The notes below the pieces were generated by a model. The model had not been told where the DNA came from. It did not search any database and saw only the letters and a list, made by a program, of their open reading frames with translations. The position numbers were made by a program, and so were the translations under genes. DNA of 64,000 bases, taken from assembly GCA_024679065.1 (NCBI GenBank), contig JAGIQG010000006.1, forward strand, positions 86,428,001-86,492,000, read 5' to 3'. This DNA comes from Sphyrna mokarran (taxonomy: Eukaryota). Positions 52,501 through 64,000 of this stretch are shown piece after piece; the first letter of the stretch is position 1; every line of letters starts with the position of its first letter.

Positions 52501-54061
52501 CTTTTGTCATAATTTATGAAGTTGTATGAGTGATAAACCTTCCAATTCTTCATGAAATCTGGAATGCCTCGAGTGAGGTGCTTACATTGCATTGAAATCA
52601 TCTTGGCTTCAGCTATGACTATATTTTTTTTAAGTAGGGAAAATGTTTCTTTTGTGTTGCAATTCTCTTCCCGAACCAAGTGGTGCACTACAGCAGACAT
52701 TTGTCTATTTCTATAGCAAGTAATTCTTGGAACAGGTCACTGGTCTGTCACCAGAGACTTCTTACAGCATGATGGGGGGAAGGATTTGCAGGTTGACACC
52801 AATTGGCCATTGAGCTCTGGCATAGAGGCAGGGATGCTACCTTCTGTGCCACAAGACCTCCCCCCACCCCCCACCCCCGTCTTTGGTCCTGATAGGAGTG
52901 TATCACTTAATGAACAGACTACAGTATTTTGGTACATTGCTGTTTCTCTATCTGTTCTATCTAGGAACACAAATGCTGCTTAAACTGAGCACCAAAGTTC
53001 TTTTTATCTTTACAAGCAACAACAAATATGTAGACTTAATGTCTTTTATATCGTGGAGTAGCCCTGTAAACTGTTCAGTTCTGTTGGAGAGTCCCTTGAC
53101 ATTAATTTACATTGCATGGTAGAATGCAGATAATCAAACATAATAAACTGACACTTACACCAAAGTGCTGTATTGACTGTGGTGATTTAGCTCCATTCAA
53201 AGCAACCTACTACCTGTGCACTTTGCTAATTGCATCATAGATTTTGTCTTAATGAACACAAGCCAAATTAACAGTAAAGCATTAATGTACCTGGGAGCAT
53301 TAAGATACCTGTGCATTATGGTCATTTGTACGGGCAACACAGTCAAAACCTCATGCATTTAGCTACACAAACATTATTGTTAAATGATTGGCTGCTTGCA
53401 GTTGTTGACAGATTGCAGCCATATGGGAGACCGAGGATGAAACCAATCAGGAAGTTAATGAGGAGAAAAATTACCACTGTGGCTGCTCCATAATTACATT
53501 TATGCTGGGCAAGAATAGAAGGTGTGGGTGGATTTGAACTCAGCTGTTATTTGTAAAGGTTAGGTGGGTCAAGAACCTTTCAATTGGTTCATGTATCTTC
53601 CGTGGCTGGTAATCTGATAGGTTATTATGGCTCAGGAATGTCGTGGCTTGGCTACTCTCGATTTTAGTGTTTTTATTGTGGTCTTCATGCAGTTATGGGC
53701 CGCACACAAAATGTGGCAACATTTCAAGGCACTGAGTCAATTTGTATGTTTGTTTTATTTGACAGTTCTGGTGAAATTCTCTTTTATTTCACAAAATTAA
53801 ATTATAAAAAATAACAAGAACCCAGTTGGAATAATTATGGTCAGTAAGTAATAGTAATAGACACTTCCTACTGTCTGTTCTTCTGTTAGTTCTTCCCCAC
53901 TTACTCTCCCCCCACCTTCACCTTTTGAAAACATGGGAGGAGGAATTCAAACCTTTTACCAATTCACAGAATCAAATGGTTAACACATTGAGAATGTCAG
54001 CGAGAGGCTTGAGTTTGTTTCACTATTGAACCCCAAGTGAATGGGACAAGCGGGCTGTGGA

Positions 54062-54737
54062 TAGAACTCCAGGAAAGTTACAGTGCTGAAAGGCCATTCA
54101 ACCCATTGTGTCTATGCTGGCTAAAAAAAAGAAACTATCTATTCATTTTAATCTCACTTTCCAGCACCTGGTCTGTGGGTTACAGTACTTTAGGTAGTTT
54201 TTAAATGAGTTGAGCATTTCAGCTTCAACCACCAACTTAAGCAATGAATTCTAGCTGCCCACCACCCTGGGTGAAAAACTTTTTTTCTCACGTTTCTTCT
54301 AATCTTACAGCTTATCCTTAAAACTGTGTCCCTTGATAATTGACCCCTCAACCTGGGGAAATAGGTCTTTCCTGTCAACCTTAACTAGATCCCTCATAAT
54401 TTCTGACCTCAATTAGGCCTCCTCTGTTCCAAGGAAAACAACTCTAACCTATTCAGTCTCTCCTCTTAGCCGCAATTTTCAATCCCTGGCAGCATTCTTT
54501 TAAATCTTCTCTGTACTCTTTGCTGAGTAATTATGTCCTTTCTGTAATATAGTGAACAGAACTGTACATAAAATTCCAGCTGTGGCCTAACCAGCATGTA
54601 ATACAGTTCCAATATTACATCCTGACTCTTGTATTCAATACCTTGTGCAATAAAGGAAAGCATTCCATATACTTTTTTGCCCGCCTGTCCTACCCCCTTC
54701 AATAACCTGTGAACATGCACTCCAAGGTCTCTCACTG
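54062..54737 (-). mobile_element. CR1 3' portion
   Basis: ORF 54466..54735 RDLGVHVH...LVRPQLEFYVQF.S.YYRKDI...QRVQRRF.RMLPG. Confidence 0.9.
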
Positions 54738-55321
54738 GAGATTGAAAGATGCAAATGAGTCTAAAGGTTGTGAAGCAGGCTAGGAGATGGGCAAGAAAAT
54801 GTCAGGGTGATACAGAGGAATGTTATTGCGACATTTTATCACTTTGCCAACTATTCAAATGGTTGTGGCATGCGGAAATACGTGCTTGGATCTCCTCGAT
54901 CATTAGGGAGAAAAGATAACAAGAGAAATTGCATACCATGAAAATCTACTAAAGAACATTTCATTGGAGCAGATTTGTCTCACTGCTGTCTTGGCTAGAG
55001 GATTGTACATACTGCTGAGGAGAAGTGCTATCTTAATGTGCAAAGGGAACCAAATTCACAAGCTGCAGTTTATAACAGGAAGGAGGGCAGGGTGGACGGA
55101 AGATTCAGGTGACTTAAATTGATAAAAGAGTTGGACTCCCACCCATCACCGGGGAGGAAGTCCTGCTTCGGGTGCTGCCAGCCAGTCCGATTGTCTGGCA
55201 GTGCCAAGAGCTCAGTAGTTGGTACAGCCAGAACTCAACTAGTTTCAAGAAGAAGGCCCAATGGATCTTGGAAATAGGTTCAGTCAAGGTATTGGGCCGG
55301 GTGGGTTTCACTAGTTTCTTT

Positions 55322-55428
55322 GAGTTTATTCATTGCTGTCACAAGTAGGCTTACATTAACATTGCAATGAAGTTACTGTGAAAATCCCCTAGTCACCACA
55401 CTTTGGTGCCTATTCAAATACACTGGGT
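55322..55428 (-). mobile_element. SINE 3' tail fragment (family of 27430-27732)
   Basis: gtcacaagtaggcttacattaacattgcaatgaagttactgtgaaaatcccctagtc. Confidence 0.75.
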
Positions 55429-55479
55429 TTTGCAGAGCAAATGGGTATGAAGAAAGCCAGGAGACTATCTAAGGGGGTG

Positions 55480-58350
55480 ACTTTGATGCACCAAAGGGCA
55501 CTCCCTGAAGATAGTTTCTCTCCCAGTTTTCACAATGACTAGGACTGGGTGCTCAACATTCAAGGGTCTGTAATATTTCAAGAGAACAGGCCAAAGGGGA
55601 AAGGAAATGGGGATAGCATTATTAATCAAGGAATGTTTCAGAGCAGTGCTGTGTCGTGATGTAAAGGCAGTGGATAGTAATGTAGCATCGTTTTGGGTTA
55701 AAATCATGAATAGCACGGGAAGAAAGATGAGTAGGAGTAGTCTGTAGACACCTATAATGTGACACAAGAAGTCACTGCATAAATGGGGAAATATCAAGGG
55801 TATGTTTGAAGGAAACTGCAATTATCATGGGAGATTTTATTAATTGGATAAACCAAACCAGCAAGGGTAGCATAGAAGAAGAATTAGTGGAATGCATCAA
55901 GTAATGCTTTTTAGAGCAGTATGTTGTAGAAGCTACTCAGGGACAATTTTAGATTTGGTCTTGTGTAACAAAGAAGTTAATAAGGGATCTTCTAGTGACC
56001 ACAATGAGATAGAATTCCAGATATAGTTTGTGGGTGAACACCATAGGTCCATAAACTATGCCCTCAATTTAAATAAGGGCAATTATAATAGTATGAGGGA
56101 GGAATGTGTAGGATGAACTGGGTAAACAAGTTTTTACTTGCTGAACCTACAGGCTAACTTCTTGTATCCTTGTATCAGAACTGTCTGAATTCTGTCTGAA
56201 TGTCAACATTTAAAAATTTCACGCCTTTTAAAAAATGTTCTGCTTTTAGTTCTTACTTACAAAGTAAATAATCTCACACTTCCCCATCTCGGACATCTTG
56301 TTTACTCACCAACCAGTCTCTTTGTGTCCTTCTTGCGCTTTCAATTTAAATGAGGCCAATTTTAATGGTATGAAGGAGTTGTTGTTTAAGGTGAACTGGG
56401 TAAACAAGTTGAGCAGAAATTCAAACAGCTGATCGCAATCAAAAAGAGGGATTCCCCAAGTAAAAGGCAAAATCCATTGTTAGCAAGGGAGGTTAATGAT
56501 AATGTTAAATTGAAAAACAGAATATACAGAGTGACAAGGGACAGTGGAAGACCAAAGGATTGGGAATTTTTTGGATCCAGCAGCAAAAGACCATAAAGCT
56601 CATAAGGGCAAATATGAATTTTGAGAGAAAACTTGCATATAGCATTTAAACAAACAGAGTTTCTATGGATATATAAAAAAGAAATGGACGACGAAGGTAA
56701 ATCTACTGAATGAGGTAGATGAACTGAAAATAGCAAACAAAGAAATGGCAGACAGGCTAAATTAACTTTTGCATCAGTTTTCACTGTGGAAGACACTGCA
56801 ACTATCCCTAAAATATCAAATAGGCTGATTTCAAATAACATAGTAGAACTTACAAAAATCCCAATCACAATATTAGAGAAACTCAGGGGGCTAAATGCAG
56901 ACAAGTCGCCAGAACCCAATGAACTGCATGCTAGGGTTTTAATGGATGTGGCTGCACGGATAGTGGGTCCGTTGGTTGCAATTTTTCACAACTCGTTAAA
57001 TTCTGAGAGGGTACTGGAAGATTGGAAGACAGCCAATGTGACATACTTGTTCAAAAAGGGAGACAGGCAGAAGGTAGGGAGCTATAAGCCAGTTAATTTA
57101 ACATCTATTATTGGCAAAAAGCTGGAGTCAATAATCAAATTGGAAAAAACAAATAATTTAGGAAAGCTGAATATAATCAAGCCTAGTCAATATGATCTGA
57201 GGAAAGATAAATCATATTTGACAAATTTGTTTGGATTCTTTGAGGATGTGACAGGAAGAATAGATAGAGAGAAACCTGTAGATGTAGTATATTTAGGTTT
57301 CCAAAAGGCATTTAATAATTGCCACATAAGCGGTTGATGCATAAAGTAAATGTCCATGGAATTGGAGGAACTGGCATGGATTAAACACTGGCTGTCTCAT
57401 AGAAAACTGAGTAGAAATAAATGGATCCTTTTCAGACTGGAAAAATGTAACTAGTGGAGTACCATAGGGATAAGTTCTTGTTCTGCAGTTTTCACTATTT
57501 ACATTAATTACCTGGAGGAAGGACAGAATGTAAGGTTTCCAGATTTACTGATGATATGAAAATAGGTGGAAGGGCAGACTGTGATTCTGCAACAGAATGT
57601 AGGTAGATTGGATGATTAGGTGAAAACATGGCAAATGGAGTTTAATGTGGGGAAGTGTGAGGTCATGCACTTCGGTCGGTCGGAAGAATGAAAAGGTAGA
57701 TTATTATCTAAATGGGGAGAGACTGCAGGTGAATGAAGTACAGAAGAATCTAGGCATTCTGTTGCGAGAATCACAAAAATCTGACAGACAGATCCAACAA
57801 GTAGTTAAGAAAGCAAACGGTAATTTGGCCTTTATTGCAAAGGGGTTGGAGTTTAAAAATAGGGCAGTTTTGTTGCAGTTTTATCCTAGAAAGGATGTAG
57901 TAACATTGGAAGCAATCGAAAGGAGATTCACCAGACTAATTCTAGGGATATCCTATTAAGAGAGACTAAATAGTTTGGATTGGTATTTCTTGGAGTTTAT
58001 AGAAGTGAGGGGTGACTTACTGAAACATATAAGATCCTGAGGGGGATTGACAGGGTGAGTGGTGAGATGTTTTCACTAGTCGGAGAGCTTCAAGGTAAAG
58101 CGTGTCCTTTTAAAACTGAAGTAGAGGGTGATGAATCTCTGGAATTCTCTGCCCCAAAGGGTGACAGAGACTGGATATTAGAGTGGAAGTGGATAAATAT
58201 TTGATAGATCGAGAAATAGAGGGCTATGGGGAAATAGCACAGAAAAGGAGTTGAGGCCAGCTGGCATAGATCAGCCACGATCATTTTGAATGGCCAGATA
58301 GGCTTGAAGGGCCTGGTGGCCCCTGCAGCTTCTATTTCTTGTGCTCCTTT
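55480..58350 (+). mobile_element. Long decayed CR1 LINE (endonuclease, RT and 3' UTR)
   Basis: APE remnants (DW.LNIQG; IIMGDF; ILDLVLCN; SDHN.IEF), KSP.P..LH.RVL, DWKTANVT.LFKKGDR....YKPVNLTSIIGK.LE, VDVVYLGFQKAF, WQMEFNVGKCEVMHFG and a 3' UTR. Confidence 0.93.
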
Positions 58351-59654
58351 CTGTACTTTTAAAAACGTTTTGAAAAAACAGCCTGTTCACAGCAATCATA
58401 TGATCATATCAGCATGAGTAGAGTATTATTGGGGTCAGTTCACATGGTAACAAGCTCAATTGACTCTTAATTATTTATTTACATGTGGCAGGTGAGTTGC
58501 CAATTTTGACACCATCTGCTTGTCATGTTATGGGGGCGAGTTCAGGGGCGAAAAGAAAGTGGTCGGGCATCCGCCAAAAACTCATTTGGCTGAGGGATGT
58601 GAAATCCACCCTCACAACTCTATTCCATTTGCAGTAGGCTGAATGTTAATTAACCTGATATATTGTAATTCGCATTTTAATGCAAATAATTAATATTGAC
58701 AGTCACCACGTTCAAAATGTCAGTTGTCATTCGACCTTGAACTCAGTTTGCAAACCCATGTTTCTTGAAGAAAAAAAGAATGAATACTTCAGCAAAACCA
58801 GTCATTACAATAGAAAGTAGCTGAGTTAATCGTCCTGCTAGCCAGTGACCAAATTTGTTCATGGTAACCAGAGAAAAATGTCTTCGGCCTCCATCTCAGA
58901 CTCTCCATCCTTTCCAGAGGAAATGTGCTGATGATAAACAAAATTTAATTAGAAAAAAGGTTACTTTGAAATTACCAATAAATTATATCTAGTATAAAGT
59001 GGTAGCTCCTCTCGCCACCATCCCTTCTATCCCCCATATGTTAACTGTAGGCCTTCACCTCACCCAAGTCTATTTTTTTAAAAAAATCTATCATGCTATG
59101 TTTTAGTGAAGTTCTTCTCTCTTAAAGATGCTAGTGTTGAGGAAGGGTATAATTTTCCTGTTCAAGCCTTTATTGTCAGCACCAAGTATTCCAAGACCAG
59201 GTATTCCACAATCAGTTTAGAGAAAGTTTTTCTAACCGAAATGCACCATAACCTGAACCACTGAACAGCACTCAATGCCCCACACGCAGTCATCCTCTGT
59301 TTTCTGATTGAAATTCCTATCAGTGTTAGTTTTATGCAGCTGGTCCATATATAGTCCATTCATCTGACTAAGATTATCGAACTTCACTTCACAGAAGATA
59401 GCAATCGCTGGAAGCTAGGGGATACTTTTATCCTGTTTGTTTGGGGTAGATTTCACTCCAGATCCCAGATGTAAAAGGAAGAGTTTTCTAACCCATTGGT
59501 CCACCAAGGATCTCTTGATTTATAGGGTTTTTTTAAAACGTATAACTGGATATGGTGTACATCTGAATTACATGTGGGTTAAAGTTATTTTTTCATGAAT
59601 TATCAGAGACATGTAAAATATTAAACCAGGTTTTTACTATTTGTTTCATTGCAG

Positions 59655-59803
59655 TATTTTCACCTTCCAGTAGTCAGGACTCAGGTTTGATCTCTCTGTC
59701 CAGCAGTTCCCCTGTCAGCACCGGAAGCATTAAACAAGAGTGCGAATCTGTCACCGAGTCTGGCACCTTTTCTGTCGATTCCATTATTGAGAGTGCAGAG
59801 TGA
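59655..59803 (+). CDS. DMRT1: DMRT1 last coding exon (equivalent to exon 5), ending at TGA
   Basis: Acceptor tttgtttcattgcag|TA, phase 1, compatible with exon 4. Encodes (V)[48 protein letters not shown], matching human [22 protein letters not shown]...ECE...FTV..IE. It is missing from the ORF track because it is short and has no start codon. Confidence 0.96.
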
Positions 59804-59824
59804 GTAATGAGAATGATGCTTAAA

Positions 59825-59834
59825 CTGCTGGAAT
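59825..59834 (+). promoter_or_regulatory. Candidate D3U-box-like 3' UTR element (CTGCTGGAAT)
   Basis: Lies 22 nt after the stop codon and resembles the conserved dmrt1 3' UTR motif CUGCUGCCGAU found just after the stop in other vertebrates. Confidence 0.45.
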
Positions 59835-59943
59835 TACAAAGCATGAATCTGAAAAGAGTACTTTAGCATCTGCTAAAATGGAGAAAAACTGTTTTTGTTG
59901 TATTTCTTACACTGTTGTTGAATAGTTTTAAAAACTACAGTTC

Positions 59944-59949
59944 AATAAA
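59944..59949 (+). terminator. First AATAAA after the DMRT1 stop (candidate polyadenylation signal)
   Basis: AATAAA at 59944, with further copies at 60278, 60644, 60815 and 60916. The sequence alone cannot show which is used. Confidence 0.35.
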
Positions 59950-62900
59950 TAATGCCACAGCAATTAATTACTAACCCTTTGCCACCCTGACTGAAAGCAT
60001 TACTTGATAGTGTATTTTTTTGCCAGGCTGCATACACTGTTCTTTGGCTCTGAATTAACAGATACAAATTTTTACGCATCATGTATACACATGGGCAGTC
60101 TAATTAGTTGTTGAACAATGGGCTGATTTTCAAAGGTCTGGCAATTGTATGGGCCATAACAGAATTTGTGATCTTTTTTGAACTGCAATTTGCATATGCT
60201 GGACTGAAAGCTTCATACATGCTCACAAATTACACATTTTTTTGTAATCAAAGGTTATATAGAATTAATCTTGTCAAAATAAATCACTGTATAATTAGCA
60301 AGAACTGATCACTAAAGTCACAACTTCGTATCAGGATTTGTCAGGCTTTTTTGGTAAGCACGAGTCAACCAAATTGGTTTGGCATCCAAGTATGTGTCTA
60401 CGCCCCTCGATCTGTATTACATGTCATTCAGGTTTTCTTCTTAATTTTTCTCAGGGCAAAATTGAAGTTAGATATTGAGATTTGATATGTTTTCTATTAA
60501 GTTCATGCATAAGCCATGAAATTTTGCTATTTTTCATCCTAGTCAACCATGTGATTGAAATTCCACTGTGCAATATTAGTAGCATGTTCTCATGAAATTC
60601 CCCTGTTCTGCAATTTTAGTAAAGGTAGCAACTCATTAAAAAAAATAAATGCTTTCACTAAAAGGCAAATACATTTGGTACAAACATGTTCATTACTAAT
60701 CAAACAAAGCATATTCCGCTTACATAATATTTAACCAAGAAAATAGTGAAAATATGATATATCCTTGATACTCAGGAGTGGTGGGTATTTCTACTTTAAT
60801 TAGAAACACGATTTAATAAAATCTTTCAAACTGCACATGTTTGTTAATGATATAAATTACTTTTTGAGAAAATGAAAGACTGAAAAGTTCAACCATGTTA
60901 AGGTTTGCAACCATGAATAAACCTCTCATCTACCCCCACATATATGTATCCTTGTGGCAGTGGATGATGTTTTCTCTTCAGTAATCATTCATTTACATTT
61001 TGTAAATTAAGCACAAATATAAGAGTGTGAATTTTTACATAAAAGAAAATCACAAGTGATAAGATGTTATTATATCATGAACTTGCTGAAAATCAGACCC
61101 AGAATTTGTTTAATACCGTTTTTTTTCCCCCTGTACCCAAAGCAATCATTAAACAAAACTACAAAGTTCAAACAGTACTTAAGATCTTTGTATGCAACCT
61201 CAATGCTTGTATAATAAGTTGAATATGTATAGTATTGTATTTCATATAATAACTGTGACACAATCGAAAGCAATTGCTGAAGGCATTGATACTTTGTCCT
61301 CATCAGGCTTTTGTCGCAAACTAGTCTAGGGTGGCAAATGAAAATTAAGTATATTTTGCAGCATTGCCATATAGTGGGTCATTTTAAAAATTAATTTTTT
61401 TGTCTATAAAGTAACTTTCAACTGTAATGTGTGCAAGGTGTTTCTGCATTTGGTTTGATGCATGTGCAATTATTGTTAATTTTATTTTTATTTATTTGCA
61501 TATATATGTGCGTGTTTATGTATGTGTGTATGATATTTTTTCCACCAGAATGTAGAAAAGATGTAATTGTTTGGTTACACCTCAGCAAATTCAGAACAAA
61601 TTGGCTCAGGAAGGCCATTTCTTTTGTGTGTTAAATTTAAGACAGATGCTTGTATTAAATGAAAACAACTCAGTCTGGGAAAGAGCTCAACCTCTGCGTG
61701 TTACATGTAATCAGTACTGATATTAAAAAATTACGTGGGTAGGAGAGGACTTTCTGCAGGGTTCTTCCAACCCATTTCCGATGAAGGACTATGGGGCTCA
61801 AATTAACAACACTTTTCCAAGGTGGATAAGGCTTGCCCCATTAATGTTACAACAAATGTTTGCAAACCATCCCCACAATCTATCCCTCCCCCCATAAAAA
61901 TTCACCCCCAAGAAATCTTGTGTTTTCCCACCTTTGCATCCATTTATTTTTCTCTTTTACCTTTGGATCTTTTGAAATTAATTTTCTTTAGTATAGCATA
62001 CCCTTCTTACGGGTTTTTCCTACAAGTCCTTTCAATAATTTTAAAGTCAAGTATTGTTGATGACAGATGCAATAATCTTATTTATACATCTGTGCTGTTG
62101 CAACTCATGCCCATGGAATTGGTTAGCTGCAAATGAATGTAGAAGGGAAAGAAAATACAATATCGGTGGCCTAGTTCCTATAAAATATAAGCACTAATAG
62201 AATGGAAGATCATAGCTGTGCCATTTTTTATTCTTAGACTTCTTCTTAGATTTGGTTCTTACCTATTAGAGACTGCTATGTCAAATCATTATCTGTGGAA
62301 TTGCAGTATGAACCATTCTTCCACTTAAGTGGCCTGTCTAAAGCATAACTTCTTTGAATCGGATTTACACTGCAGCTGTAACATCAGTATGAAGATGTTT
62401 CAATTTGGACCCATCCTGTAGTTGCAGAGCACATATGGTGACACTAAAACAAAATGGGAAGGGATGTCTCATTCCACTTCAAAGTCACTTCAATTCCTAG
62501 CACTGCTTTCTACTATAAATGTTTAGTAGTGACATTAAAGCTGGAATCAGGCAAAGTATACTGATGTTAAATGTGTAATGTGAGTAGACACAAAGTGTTC
62601 CTTTTTCTGGCTTTTTTTTTGCTTATTAAAATAACTCACTATATGAACTTGTTTATTTTTATGTAGGGGATTGGAAAACGTTATAAGCAGAAAAATCTTT
62701 TTAAAAATTGCTTATTTGTAGAAGTGTTATTGTTAAGGCATGAATTTTTAGGGTTAAACTGGTAAAACCAGATTATATTCTAATTCAGTCCCTCTTTGCA
62801 AAAGGCAGAAATAATTGCTCATTGTTGCCAAGTCTTAAAACTGTGCACTCAAAATGGGGAATCACTGTTAACTGTTGAAATCTGGTAAACGTTTCTCCTG

Positions 62901-64000
62901 ATCACTGTGTTAGTTTCATTGTAAACAGAGTAGGAAGATTTTGTATATTAATTGAAAGTGTTCTGAAGGAGCATATTTATGATTTTACTGGGACTAGCAA
63001 TAAGACTAAATCTTCTTGCTGTGTTTACAAAATCTCTTAACACTTAGCACGCAGAGGATGTCTTCCTGACTCCCAGAGTTTGCTCTGATGATGATGATCT
63101 GAGAAAAAAAACAGGACGCTGTGATTCTGATTTCCTATTCACAAGTCTTGCATGAAAGAAGTGTAATTAAAAGAGTCATTTCACCCAACTTGTTCTTCAT
63201 AGTGGGCAGAGGTTTCAGTGTTGGCAGGGGTGTAAAAGGACAATACTGCATTAACTAAGCATAATCTCCACCCAATTTGCCTTTGACTCGGGGTGGGTTG
63301 GGGGTGGAATATGAAGAGGAATGTACCCATCCAGTATCACACATATACACTTGAAATTACAAATTCTGGTGAATGTCTCAAGTGAATCTCAAACTTGACA
63401 TTTTGAACATTTAATATTTTCACCCAATTTTAGATTTTTAAATGGATTTCATATAAAATTTCATTACAAAAAAACCTTGAAGAAATCATGCCTTGCTTAC
63501 TGTTACTAAACAGTAATTATTTTTGCTGGTGTTGTTTACATTAATGCATTTTACCAAGTGTTTTTGAACAATTTGGTTCTGTGTTGTAAGTTTTTGTCTT
63601 TTTATAGAATATCTGATAACATGATTGTAAGCATCAAGGACATATACAGTCGTCACTGACTTAGTGTCAGATGAAATTTTTGAATTGTATTGAATTTCTT
63701 GGCAGATATATATTTGATGCTGGATAGAAAAAAAAGAAATTACTTGTATTTTCTTTGCTTTCTGCATTAAAAATGTCTCTTTGATTTCACCACATCCATT
63801 GTAATCAATAACTTGGCCATCTTGTTTTTTTTTATTAAATGCACTTACTCTTAATTTCATCCACCAGTGGTTTTAGGGAGAATAATGTTGAGTTACCTAT
63901 ATAGGTCTGACATTATAAATCACTTCTTGAGACCAAATTGTATGGTAGTATCGATTGATCCTGATATATCACAGAAATTTACTGTCACTTCTGTTTTCAA

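Noticed and set aside
56386-57337. ORFs of 177 and 183 aa
   Set aside because: They are a CR1 ORF2 fragment and its antisense shadow, not host genes.
61440-61640. Hydrophobic small ORFs downstream of DMRT1
   Set aside because: They arise from TG/AT-rich low-complexity sequence. No DMRT3 or other coding exon was recognised in 59804-64000.

Overview
This is vertebrate genomic DNA, almost certainly from a cartilaginous fish (shark), judged from the dense CR1/L2 LINEs, HE1/V-SINE-type SINEs, Harbinger relics and a Penelope-type element. The window holds the 3' part of the sex-determination/testis gene DMRT1 on the + strand. Three coding exons (13517-13803, 30162-30336, 59655-59803) join in frame with canonical GT-AG sites and correspond to human exons 3-5. 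The DM-domain exons must lie upstream of the window. The rest is intron (about 16.4 kb and 29.3 kb), 3' UTR and flank. Most notable: (1) a perfectly bounded, frame-preserving 21-nt candidate microexon in intron 3; (2) a young 89-bp-arm palindrome carrying minimal hammerhead-ribozyme cores, inserted in a dead Harbinger transposase; (3) an LF-SINE-like element in a chondrichthyan; (4) candidate alternative 3' exons and a D3U-box-like 3' UTR motif; (5) several local inverted duplications. Repeat family names come from motif recognition and memory, not database searches, and repeat boundaries are approximate.
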